DNA of 64,000 nt from Podarcis muralis (Eukaryota), in the NCBI RefSeq assembly GCF_964188315.1, contig NC_135664.1, forward strand, positions 75,020,001 through 75,084,000. Reading direction: 5' to 3'. Below the pieces are notes generated by a model that did no database searches, was not told the origin of the DNA, and saw nothing but the letters and a program-made list of their open reading frames with translations. Positions 24,215 through 35,969 of the stretch are shown in pieces. Made by a program: the position numbers and the translations under genes. Position 1 is the stretch's first letter; every line of letters starts with the position of its first letter.

Positions 24215-26091
24215 CAAGGGGTGTGGAAAGCAGATCACCAGATAATCATTTGAAATGCACATTAGCAGCACCGCTCCTTATTCTATCAGGAGGGTCTCTT
24301 TGCTCATCTGTTCCAAAGGTGCTCCTAGGATTGTACAAAGTGCAAAAATATTGACACACAAGTAGCATGCTCCCCTCATCCTTATAGGACTAATTTAGCC
24401 AGCTAGCCCTGGTGATCATCTAATGTTTACTGGATGGATTTCCCCCCTAAATTGATTTTTTTAATTCTGAATTTATTGTTATTCACGTTTTATACTGTAT
24501 TTTATGCTGTTTTTTGTTGCATCAATTGTTTTAAATTTGTTGTTAGCCGCCCTGAGACCGGTTTTCTGAACCAGGAAGGGTGGGGTATAAATAAAAAAAA
24601 AATTATTCATTTATTTCTTTATCCTTATTTACGTACACACTTTAACCATTAAATGAAGCAGATTTGACTATATGTTTTGCATTGTACACCAATGTATAAG
24701 CTCAAGACAAGACTCTCAGTTTTGTGTTTACTGTTAAGGTATGTATAATTAAGCTCCTAATCACTACCCTTCCCATCCCCATCTAGACCTTTTGTTTGTT
24801 TATTGCATCATTCTGTATTATATTATATTATTTTAAAAAATTAAGTGCCATTAGTATTTTGTAAGCTATCCTGTACCATTATTTTGATACTCTGTATCTT
24901 TTAAAAACATTATTAAAAACATGCACACAATTTCCCCTAAAATGTTCCTAATTTTTTGTATGTTATTTTCAGCAACTTATCCATGCTTTACCCTAGTTCA
25001 GACATTTTTTTTGCACGTTACTTGGCTGGAGATTTGCATTGCAAGATCTGGAGATGGGCAAAACGAAAAGGCGGGCTGTGCTTTGATTCCCGTATTGTTT
25101 CAGAAAGTGTGAATTAAATGGAGATTGAATAGATTTTCTTCCACCTTCCCTAACCGAGAGCCTGGTTTGAACACTGGTATTCCCCAACCCCCTGGGACCC
25201 CACCCTTCGCTCACGACTCCAAACTTCTCTGCCAATTAAATGAAAAACCCGGGGGGAGAGAGCGAGACATCTTTTTCTGGACTCCTTGATTTTTCTTTCT
25301 CCTGATGCAAATGTGTGTTCTTCAGGGCCAGCTCAGGCACTCAGTATAAACCTGATTTCCTGCCAGAGTTGGACCCACACAATACAAGCAGGATGCAGCT
25401 TAGTTTTAGGGCATGTGATTGATGCTTGAAGAGCTGGGGACCTTTCTTTGGGAAGAACTCCTGCCCGACTCTCCTCACTGGGTTACCTGGACGAAGTATC
25501 AGCATCTAAAACTGACTTTCTCCACATCTTTCCAAAGGCAATGGTGCCCCACCATTATCCATGCAGCTGGCAGGTGACAGGTGAGAAATGAAGAGAAATG
25601 AAGGTGTTCATGAAGTAGCCCTCAGACCCAGGAAAGGTTTCCTTTGTGATGGGTGTGGGGTAGGAATTGCTCGTCTGCACGCACCAGTCTGATTGAAACC
25701 AGGGAAATTTTTTAACAGGAGGTTGTCTAACATCATTCCAGAGGTTTAAACCAGAAATCATGCTGGGAAATGGGGAAATAATCCAGGCTGGCTGGTTTAA
25801 AACTGAGCACAAAATGATTCATTTTTCCATGCAGGTCAGGAAAGCTGTGAAATGTTCACAGTGCTGGATTTGCTCTGTCCAGAGTAGAAATGAGCAAATC
25901 TCCAAATTTCAGTTTTGCTCCATTTCTCATTTCGTCACTCTTAAGTTCATTTTTATACATTTTAACAGCAGTTTGGAATCTTTGTTAAGTCCTCGTGAAA
26001 ATTCATCAGCATTTTAATGCAAAGCTCTCCTAATACAGTATATACACGAGTGTTCATTTGTTGCAATTTTGCAAAGCAATTTCTCCCAGTA

Positions 26092-26317
26092 CAGTGGTAC
26101 CTCGGGTTACAGACGCTTCAGGTTACAGAGTCCGCTAACCCAGAAATAGTGCTTCAGGTTAAGAACTTCGCTTCAGGATGAGAATAGAAATCGTGTGGCG
26201 GTGGCGCGGCGGCATCAGGAGGCCCCATTAGCTAAAGTGGTACCTCAGGTTAAGAATGGTTTCAGATTAAGAACGGACCTCCGGAAGGAATTAAGTTCTT
26301 AACCCGAGGTACCACTG
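26092..26317. mobile_element. Tc1/mariner-type MITE, same family as 20639 but inverted
   Basis: TIR cagtggtacctcggg / cccgaggtaccactg, TA at 26090-91 and 26318-19. Confidence 0.92.
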
Positions 26318-28016
26318 TATAATGCATTTTTGCATGTGTTACTTGACCAGAGAACTTCATTGCAAAATTCAGGGAAGCGTGAGTTTCAAAGGGTGGCTGT
26401 TTCAGAAACTTGGAAACTGTGCAAATGAGGTATGCTTGCCATTGAATGCAAATCTAATGCCCTCCCCATCCCAAGCCCAGAGTGATTTTATGCATCAGCC
26501 TTATTTATTGCCTGTGGATTCAGAACGGTCACTCGCCACTCCTCACTCCTCCAAAATAACTGCTTCTCGTGGTGCATAAGAAATTTTTGGGTTTGGCTGC
26601 TTGGAGATGCTGTAATTCCCCTACATTAAAAAGCTTTAAATGGGGCTTGGGCAGATATGGGGAGGAGGGAAAGTCTATCAATGGCTATTAGCCACGGTAG
26701 CCAGACTTTAGCCAGAGGTCACGTGGCCCTGGGGAATATCTGTTATGGAGGGCTATTGCTCATGTGCTCTGATGGTCAACTTCTCTGGCAGAATCTGAGA
26801 ACCACTTTGTGAAAGGGAGGGGGTTGCAATTTGTAGATTACACATATTTTCTACTGATAATTCTCTTCCATTCTGCAGAAATCTGCAACTTTAAAGAGAA
26901 AAAAAAACCTCGTAATACATATTTAACTACGTACATAACACATCGGGCCATTTCTTGGAACAATGGGCCAAGACTGACTTCTTTAGGTATCCCTAAGAGA
27001 AGGATTCTGAACTAGACAGACCTTTCATCTCATCCGGCAGGGCTGGTCAGAGAGAGGGTCATGAGAGCCTCAAACAGCACTCACACATATTTGTACTGAG
27101 TGCTCTTAGGATAAGATGCAAATATAAACCATATATTGATTACAGTGGCTAACGATACAGAATTTATTTATTTTTATAGCAGAACATTTTGGTTCCACCT
27201 TTCTCAGTTGTGGCCATTGCAGGACTTTGAGGCTGCCATGCTCAGACGGGCTTCATTCACAGAAGCAAGCAGTGCTGCCACGGTCCTTCAAGTTGACACC
27301 ATGTCCCTCATGCACATCTAGAATTTCTCCCTTTTTGCTACTCTTGCTGGATCTCTTGGCATCTCTGTAGTCTGACCAGCTGCGGTTCTCAGAACAATCT
27401 TAGCAAAAGGGAGAACTTCTGGATGTACACAGTGAACACATTACAACTGCATGGGCAGGAGACCTGTTCAAATTTCTTACAATAATCAGCTGTGAAGCCT
27501 TCTGGTCCAGGGGCTATTTTTTTAAAAAAAATCTCACTGACCATACTGTGGAGCTCAGAGATCATTATGGGAGGCTGGTGCTTATCAGAATCAGATTGGG
27601 CTGAACATCATTAAATGCTTCAGTAGCATCATTTGGAGACAATCAGATGCATGCAGTTTCTCATACAATGTTAAAAATTCATTTGTGACGTTATCAGATC
27701 CTATTATCAGTTTATCCTTGTTGGCCTTTAGTTGTTGGACCCAATTATTCTACTATTTATTTTCAAACAAATATGGTCACAATCTGCCAGCTTTGTTTCC
27801 TTTATTGAAGATACTTTTTCTGTTTGAGTGCAGTTTATGAGATCATATTGTTTTCTCTCTGCTTCTACTCTTCTCTATAATTTTTTTGTAGAGAACATAG
27901 CTACGTGTTTCCTTTCTTTCTAATTGTTGCATGACTTCTCCCTTTGTTTTATTTTTTCCAGTATGTCTTTTAAAATTATTTGACCTCTCATTACTGCCTT
28001 TCAAACATCCCAAATA

Positions 28017-28517
28017 GTTGTTGTTTAGTCGTTTAGTCGTGTCCGCCAGTGGCGTAGCGTGGGTTGTCAGCACCCGGGGCAAGGCAAGTAATTTGCGCCC
28101 CCTAACCCGTGGATTTGCGCCCCCTAACCTGTGGATTTGCCCTAACCCCAGATGTTGCGCCCGGTGCGGCCGGCCCCCCCTGCACCCCCCACACTACGCC
28201 ACTGGTGTCCGCCTCTTCATCACCCCCTGGACCAGAGCACGCCAGGCATTCCTGTCTTCCATTGCCTTCCACAGTTTAATCAAACTCATGCTGGTCTCTT
28301 CGAGAACACTGTCCAACCATCTCGTCCTCTGTCATCCCCTTCTCCTTGTGCATCCCAACATCAGGGTCTTTTCCAGGGAGTCTTCTCTTCACATGAGGTG
28401 GCCAACGTCTTGGAGCCTCAGCTTCAGGATCTGTCCTTCCAGTGAGCACTCAGGGCTGATTTCCTTAAGAATGGATAGGTTTGATCTTCTTGCAGTCCAT
28501 GGGACTCTCAAGAGTCT
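28017..28517 (-). mobile_element. RTE BovB 3' fragment, interrupted
   Basis: gttgtttagtcgtttagtcgtgtccg..cttcttgcagtccatgggactctcaagagtct. Confidence 0.9.
28047..28204. mobile_element. hAT-type MITE nested in BovB
   Basis: TIR cagtggcgtag / ctacgccactg, perfect 8 bp TSD gtgtccgc (28039-46, 28205-12). Confidence 0.9.
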
Positions 28518-28729
28518 TTCATATAGTAGTTTGCATCAACTCTACAGAGTTATTGATATGGAAATATTCTCTAGGTTCTCTAGGTCTGCTAGGTCCCAAG
28601 TGATGTTTTCATTCTTTAATGTAACATTTTCCAAATGCCAGCACTTGTTGCTTTGCAGTCTGCTGGTTGTCCATGCTAACATAGCTGTCAGCATTTACCA
28701 GGATTCCAGTTTTGACTTTAGTGCCACAT

Positions 28730-29594
28730 TAATAATAATAATAAATTTTATTTATATCCCGCCCTCCCCAGCCGAAGCCAGGCTCAGAGCGGCTAACAAC
28801 AGTAAAATGATACAGCATTCTAAAATCAATTCATTATAAAATCAGTTCAAATCAAATTAGTGGCAAACATTGGGCTAGAGTTCTATGAGGATTACAGAAA
28901 GAGGGGGTCAGGCTGTGCCTTGGCCAAAGGCCTCGTGGAACAGCTCAGTCTTGCAGGCCCTGCAGAAAGATGCCAAATCCCGCAGGGCCCTAGTCTCTTG
29001 TGACAGAGCATTCCACCAGATCGGGGCCACAGCTGAAAAAACCCTGGCTCTGGTTGAGGCCAGCCTAACCTCGTTGTGGCCCGGGACCTCCAAGATGTTT
29101 TTGTTTGAAGACTGTAAGGTCCTCCGTGGGACATACCAGGAGAGGAGGTACCGTAGGTACGAGGGTCCCAGGTCATATAGGACTTTAAAGGTTAAAACCA
29201 GCACCTTGAACCTGACCCTGTACTCTACCAGGAGCCAGTGCAGCTGGTATAGCATCGAGTGGATGTGATCCCGCAATGAGGACCCTGTAAGGAGTCTCGC
29301 CGCGGCATTCTGCACCTGCTGGAGTTTCTGGGTCAGTCTCAAGGGCAGCCCCACATAGAGTGAGTTACAATAATCAAGCCTGGAGGTGACCGTCACATGG
29401 ATCACAGTGGCTAGGTCAGGGTGAGAGAGGTAAGGAGCCAACAGCTTAGATTGGTGGAGATGAAAAAATTCCACCTTTGTTGTAGGTGCAATCTGCGCCT
29501 CCTTGGAAAGGGAGGTGTCGAAGATTACACCCAAACTCTTAACGGACGGTACTAGCAGTAATTGCACCCCGGCAAGAGATGAGAGTTGCCACAC
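28730..29594 (-). mobile_element. L2 LINE 3' portion
   Basis: KSLGVIFD..TSRLDYCNSLYVGLP..QNAAARLLTG..LHWL..FKVL; (AAT)n tail. Confidence 0.92.
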
Positions 29595-30965
29595 TTCCGT
29601 TTTGAGTGTTACGCTGACGTCTGTCTGTTTTTGCTATTTATTTTGTGTTCTTGTGGCTCTTTTTTCTTTTGTTTTTGTGATTATGTGGAACCCAGTTCAG
29701 CTACTGATTGATTACGTGACTGCAGTACATTGTTTATTGCTTCCATTTTATGGATCAATGGTCTCATTAGATAGTAAAAATCATGTTAAATTGCTGTTTT
29801 AGGCGTTGTTTTTAAAAGTCTGGAACATTTTGCATTACTTTGTATGGGAAAGCGTGCCTTGGCTTTGGAACGCTTTGGTTTTTGAATGGACTTCCAGAAC
29901 GGATTAAGTTTGAGAACCAAGATATCACTGTACCAGAAGGTAAGTCTAGAAGAATTTGGCTTTATTCACTCTGATCTTAAATGGAATACCTGATCAGCTC
30001 CCCCCCCCCCCCGCTGGTATGGCATCTTTTCCTTTTAACCTTAGAAATTTTACCTGCATGCCTTGTGAGATTTTCCTTTGAACGGCATGTGCTGAGTTGA
30101 TGCACTGTGCTGCTTCAATCCCTACCTCCCATGCTTGCTCTAGTTCCAGAAATCCCTTAAGTTGCTTTTATAGAATTTGAACCCGATCTCTTATTTTTAA
30201 AGGTGTGGCAACTAGAAAGGTCCCAGAGTATTCCAGGTGTGGTTTGATGGAAGGAACATAATAAATGTATATGTGCCCAATCTTTCTGACCGTGCTTCTC
30301 CTGATTTAATCCTCTCTCTGAAGTCCTTTTCTACTTCACAGAGGTAAGTTTGTGGTAGGGTATCCCAGCTATAAAAACAAGCCCGCCCACCCACCCCAAA
30401 AAAACCCCACCAGGAAGAGATCAAAAGAATATAATTTTATTGTTAAGAAAGAATATGAACTGATATAGAAGACAGCAGTGTGTTATGGATGCTTTAGTAG
30501 AGATCTCTGCATTGAACTAAATGACCCTCAGAATCCCTTCCAACTCAACTATTCGATGAGTTTATGGGTCTAAAGGTTAAGCAGAAGACCTCCTCCCTAG
30601 AGAAACCGATGTGTCTTCCAAATCAATGGGACCCCCTCTCCAAGCAGGGAATAGAGAGCAAGGTTCGGGCTCGGCTGCCTATTTCTGTATCTTAAATTCT
30701 ATCAGCACCAGATTCGTTGTGCCGACTTAATTTATGGCAAAATGCTTTGCCGTTACATCAGTTGCAGACCCCCAAAAGATGAATATGCCCCCGCCTGGGG
30801 CAGTAACACATCCTCTGTTGTTGTTTTTTTGTGCACATTATTTATAAAATGAATTTATAAATGTGCTCTTGTTAAGACTATGAAAATGATGAAAGCAGAG
30901 AGATCTTTAGGGACAAAAATACTCTGTCCCATGCATATATCTGCATTCCCTGCCCACATCTATCT

Positions 30966-31018
30966 TCCTTCCTTCCTTCCTTCCTTCCTTCCTTCCTTCC
31001 TTCCTTCCTTCCTTCCTT
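30966..31018 (+). repeat. (CCTT)n microsatellite forming the pyrimidine tract upstream of OR-D
   Basis: Perfect run ending ~15 bp before the acceptor AG at 31034-35. Confidence 0.92.
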
Positions 31019-31054
31019 TCTTGTTCTCCACTCAGAACTGACCTCAACAGAGCC

Positions 31055-32008
31055 ATGGAAGGCAGGAATCAGACACTACCAGTGACCGAATTCATGTTCC
31101 TGGGTTTCTCTGGGGTCCACGAGGGACAGTCCTTCCTCTTCCTGCTCTTTCTGACCATCTACCTATTTACCCTGGTGGGAAACGGTGTGATCTTCACCTT
31201 GATCCAACTGGATTCGCGCCTCCACAGCCCCATGTACTTTTTCCTCAGCCATTTATCCTGCTTGGACGTCTGCTACTCATCCGTCACCATCCCCAAGATT
31301 CTGGCAAACTTCTGGCACCAGAGACACACCATTTCCTACAACCAGTGCATGGTCCAGATGTTCCTCCTGATGACCTTTGCAGGGACTGAGTGCGCCCTGC
31401 TGGCCGTCATGGCCTACGACCGCTATGCCGCCATTTGTCAACCCTTGCACTATGCTCAACTGATGAGCAGAAGAGTGTGTGTCCCTCTGGCTACCACTTC
31501 TTGGATCTGGGGCCTCTTGGACTCTGTTATTCACACCGTGCTCTCCACCAACTTGACCTTCTGTGGGGCCAACCAGATCCACCACATCTTCTGTGATGTC
31601 CCTCCTCTTCTGCAAATCGCCTGCAGCGACACCTACGTCAATGAGATGGCCCTTCATGTAGCAAGTGTGTTTGTCAGCCTTGGGACATTCCTGCTGGTGG
31701 TCATCTCCTATATCTTCATTCTGTCGGCCATCCTTCGGATCCGCTCCAACACCGGCAGGCGAAAAGCCTTCTCCACTTGTGCCGCCCACATAGTTGTGGT
31801 CATCATCTATTTTGGGATGGCCAACGTGAACTACAACCGCCCAAGCGCAGGCTACTCCTTGGAAGTGGACACCCTGATCTCCACTCTCTATTGTATCATC
31901 ATCCCCATGTTGAATCCTGTCATCTACAGCCTCCGCAACAAGGAGGTGAAGGAAGCCCTGAGGAAGGTTCTGGGGGGCTTGAAGAAGGGCTCTGAACTCC
32001 CTCACTAA
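31055..32008 (+). CDS. Olfactory receptor OR-D, 317 aa, intact
   Basis: MEGRNQT..; all OR motifs. Confidence 0.97.
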   Translation: MEGRNQTLPVTEFMFLGFSGVHEGQSFLFLLFLTIYLFTLVGNGVIFTLIQLDSRLHSPMYFFLSHLSCLDVCYSSVTIPKILANFWHQRHTISYNQCMVQMFLLMTFAGTECALLAVMAYDRYAAICQPLHYAQLMSRRVCVPLATTSWIWGLLDSVIHTVLSTNLTFCGANQIHHIFCDVPPLLQIACSDTYVNEMALHVASVFVSLGTFLLVVISYIFILSAILRIRSNTGRRKAFSTCAAHIVVVIIYFGMANVNYNRPSAGYSLEVDTLISTLYCIIIPMLNPVIYSLRNKEVKEALRKVLGGLKKGSELPH

Positions 32009-32629
32009 CAGGGTCTCCTACCTTTGGTGAAATTTTCCTTGGGGGTCAAAGTACACCATATTCCCATTGGTTAGACTTAGTTCAGCAATACATTACTAGA
32101 CAGATCCCAAAGAATTAGGTCATGATTCTGCACTGGGTCTTGTGTCCAACACCCAGTTCAACAACTGCCTTGTCTCCCAGTCTGAAGAGGTGCTTAGCTG
32201 CCAAATTCAACATGGCACACTGTCACCAAGGGGAGCTATCCTTAAACCTCAGACTGTCCCCGAATCCTTTAACGGTTGTTCTTGTTGTGTGCTCCTGTTT
32301 CTGTTTGGCCCCTTGAGAACAATATGGGAAATATTTCAATTTTTCTCTATTAACTTCAGATCTCCTTGTTTCCACGTTAGTTTGTGTAGTTGTTGTTTTT
32401 CAATCTTCTTGAAAAATCACTAGTATCTTAGTGCAAAGTCAATTTTGAATGTGATTTTGTTTCACATACACCATTTACAACACGATTCCGCCTAAAATAT
32501 TCTGTGAACTGTCCTCAGACCTTCAGGTATATGGCAGTATATAAATTCAACAGCAGCAGCAGCAACAACAACAATAATTACACCTTTTCTCATACTTTGC
32601 CCTAATTCATGCATTTTTACACACATTAA

Positions 32630-32996
32630 GGTAAAGGTAAAGGTACCCCTGCCCGTACGGGCCAGTCTTGACAGACTCTAGGGTTGTGCGCTCATCTCAC
32701 TCTAGAGGCCGGGAGCCAGCGCTGTCCACAGACACTTCCGGGTCACGTGGCCAGCGTGACAAAGCTGCTCCGGTGAACCGGCACCAGAGCAGCACATGGA
32801 ACGCTGTTTACCTTCCCGCTAGAAAGCGGTACCTATTTATCTACCTGCACTTAATTGTGCTTTCGAACTGCTAGGTGGGCAGGAGCTGGGACCGAATGAC
32901 GGGAGCTCACCCCGCCGTGGGGATTCGAACCACCGACCATGCGATCGGCAAGTCCTAGGCGCTGAGGTTTTAACCACAGCGCCACCCGCATCCCCT
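32630..32996 (-). mobile_element. Sauria SINE, full length
   Basis: (ACCTTT)n tail read as ggtaaaggtaaagg, tRNA-like head gggatgcgggtggcgctgtggttaaaacc..ggttcgaatccc, 8 bp TSD cacattaa (32622-29, 32997-33004); empty sites near 43030 and 52620. Confidence 0.95.
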
Positions 32997-33084
32997 CACA
33001 TTAATTGACTGCATTTACTGTGTTTTTCCTATTTTGTTGGGAGCTGCCCAGAGTGGCTGAGGCAACACAGTTAGGTGGGTGGCA

Positions 33085-33130
<46 letters not shown>

Positions 33131-35255
33131 GCAAAATCTGGACCAGTGCAAATTTCAAAGCCTGTGTTCCAGAAAGTGTGAATTAGAAACGATCACCTTA
33201 ATTGCAAACTGAATTGTCCCTAAGGGCCTCGTTTGAACACGGCTGTTTGCAACCCCCTTGGGCTCCACCCCATACCCTTGATGCCAGTGTTTTCTGCCAG
33301 GAAAAAGGAAGCCCAGGGGGGAGATGATCCCCCCCCCCCCGGACTCCTTGATCTTCATTCCTTGTGATGCAAATGCATGTTCTCCAGGGGATACTCAAAC
33401 AATACAAGCCATATTACCTTCCAGACTGGGACCCACAGGACACTGGGTCAGTTTTAATGTATGTGGGGATGCAGGAAGGACGGTGCGTTGGGTCAGCAGG
33501 AAATGGAGACCTTTCTTTGGGCAGAAAATGAGTGACAGCCAGGTGTGTCTCTCGTTCTGACAGGAGGGATCCTGCAACCCACCCATCCTCTTCATTCCCC
33601 TCACCTTCTCTGGTTGTAGAATCCTCCTGCCTGGCTCTCCTCACCAGCTCACCTGGAAGGAGCATCAGCATCCGAAACTGTCTCCTCACCTGTCCCAGAG
33701 CAGCAGCTGTCAAAGCCATCATCCAAGTTCATTCGGCAGGAAGATGCCAGGTGAGGAGCAGAGAAATGAAGGGACCCACAAAGTAACCTCCAAACTTAGG
33801 AAATTCTTTATTTGCCATTAGGGTGACTGGGGAGGAATCACTCATCTGTCTGCACCAGTTCATTTAAAACCAGACAAACTCCTTATCTGCTGCTGTGCAA
33901 TACTGTGCATGATGTTTAAAACAACTTGAAAAATGAAGAAATAAGCTAAGATGCCTAATGTTCAGCTGACATTCAGGAGAGCAAACCTGTGACATCTTTT
34001 TCCCCACAGTGTTAAGCAACTTCCTTGGGTCGGTTTCAGATTTCTCTCCATTTCTCATTTTTCCACTCCAAAATTCAGATCTATACATTTCCACATCAGT
34101 TTGGGAACCTTTTTTCTTTTTCTTTTAATGTCCTCTTGAGAGTCCATTAGCATTTTAGTGCAATGTTTTGCTAATATACAAATTTGATAGCGATTTTGCC
34201 CGAGATACACATTTTTGCACAGCCATTTCCTCTAACATATAATGCCTGTTAGTTGCTATCCAAACTAAGGTATGTATTTGCATGCACACTCAGACCCAGT
34301 AGATATAATTGTTGACTGGAGAACTGGGTTCCAAAATTCAGAGAAGAGTGAATTTCGCAGTGTGCCTGTTTCTCGGGAGGTTTGCCTTCCCATGCAATCC
34401 GAGACTCACGCAGCGCCCATCCCTAGTCCAGAGTGTTTTTATGCATCGGCCTTATTCATCGGCTGCAGATTTGCAACAGACACCCCCACTCCCCCACCAC
34501 GAAAAAGTACTGCCAGAGTAAGTGGGACGTTGGCAACAGCAGCTACTGAAGAGCCTGGTCCACTGACAGCACTGCAGGGCTGTTGTGTTGCACTTGGACA
34601 AGGAAGGGTGTGTGCGAGGGTTCTCTTGGTCATCCTCCAATCACGGTCAGTGGTTCCCAAAGGGGGCACTAAGAGGCAAGTGGGCAGCAGAGATGTGTTG
34701 TGTTGTGTTGTGTTGTGACCAATAGGTCCTTTTAATGTTTTGATGTTTAGCATAAATGAGACCAATAGTGCACTCTAGGAAAGCACAAGTAAACCTCAGA
34801 CAACCAATATTGGATTTTCTACAGCATTGCTTTACTGATTAACAAACATAACCAGACAGGGAACATGCATTCAACCACACACACAACCACACACACATCT
34901 ATACTCACCACTCTTCAACTGGATTGATCAGATCCAGTAAGAGTCGTGGGTGGCAGACGACAGCGCTGTCATATGTCCGGCACACACCTGAGGCTGGAGG
35001 GCTTTGATATTTATACATCTTGTTTGTTCATCTGACACATGGCAACTCCTGATGCTTACACAACTCCTTGTTGTTGGTATCTCACATCCTTACTCTTGTC
35101 GACATCTCATCCTTATCCTTGGGATCGTCTCACAACTCTGATCTTATCTTAATGTTTTGCAAAGGTGTACAGCCCAGTACCAAGCCTCCTTGTGCTGTTC
35201 CGTTCCAGCACACTCTGTTTTTGCCCAAACATCAAGATGTTTTCCACATTTCATT

Positions 35256-35969
35256 GAAAAGGATATACCAAGAGCTCTGGCCACAAGTTTCAATACAAGG
35301 AATAATTCCTACTCAAGAGTTGAAAAGAAAAACGTATGTATTCTGCTAAGAATAACAGTTTGAAGCTAATAGTAAATTAAAACACAACATGTAAGTACGA
35401 TAGTTTTAAGATAATAGTAAATTTAGATACAACGTTTAAGTGCAGAAATAATGTAGTTTCAAATATGCAGTGATATAGTATAAAGGTACATAAAATACCA
35501 GTACACAACAATTGTTTTATACAAGTCTCAATGGCAGTCAAAAGGAGTCCATATTATATAAAATCAGAATAAAGAATAAAGAATCAAATAGGGCCAAAAA
35601 GGAGTATCCGGAGTGTGAATCAGATGTACGACTCAGTAGTGGTGACCAGGACAGGGCCCTGTTTCGGAGTAAACACCTTCTTCAGCTGGTAATATCAAAT
35701 AATATGTCAAAATAGATCAAGGTTCTTCAATATCATAGATCATAAATATAATAAAGTATATACATTCTAAAGTGTATTAACACATATCATGATATTTGTT
35801 TCCATACCTCGGTTTTTTTGAGGACTATAAATCTGTTGGAAGTCTATAGTCCTCAAAAAACCGAGGTATGGAACCAAATATCATGATATGTGTTAATACA
35901 CTTTAGAATGTATATACTTTATTATATTTATGATCTTTATTATATTTATGATCACTGCATATTTGATCA
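35256..35969 (-). mobile_element. Penelope-like element fragment with inverted 5' end, private to unit 1
   Basis: Absent at the paralogous sites (~45520, ~54890), replaces ~21 bp, contains a hammerhead motif and a 93 bp inverted duplication, AT-rich. Confidence 0.75.
35645..35690 (-). ncRNA. Type I minimal hammerhead ribozyme motif
   Basis: Minus strand ACCAG-CTGAAGA-A-GGTG TTTA CTCC-GAAA-CAGGGCCCTG-TC-CTGGT: perfect 5 bp stem I, intact core, palindromic helix III, GUC cleavage triplet. Confidence 0.85.

Noticed and set aside
23459-24271. Long antisense and alternate-frame ORFs over OR genes (also 31277-32005, 37260-38072, 47132-47656, 55654-57009)
   Set aside because: Shadow ORFs of GC3-rich OR codons; no recognisable domain, and they are broken in paralogues.
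30330-30350. cacag-AG-gtaagt as a 2 nt micro-exon
   Set aside because: More simply the donor of a longer 5'UTR exon of OR-D, or chance; cannot be supported from sequence alone.
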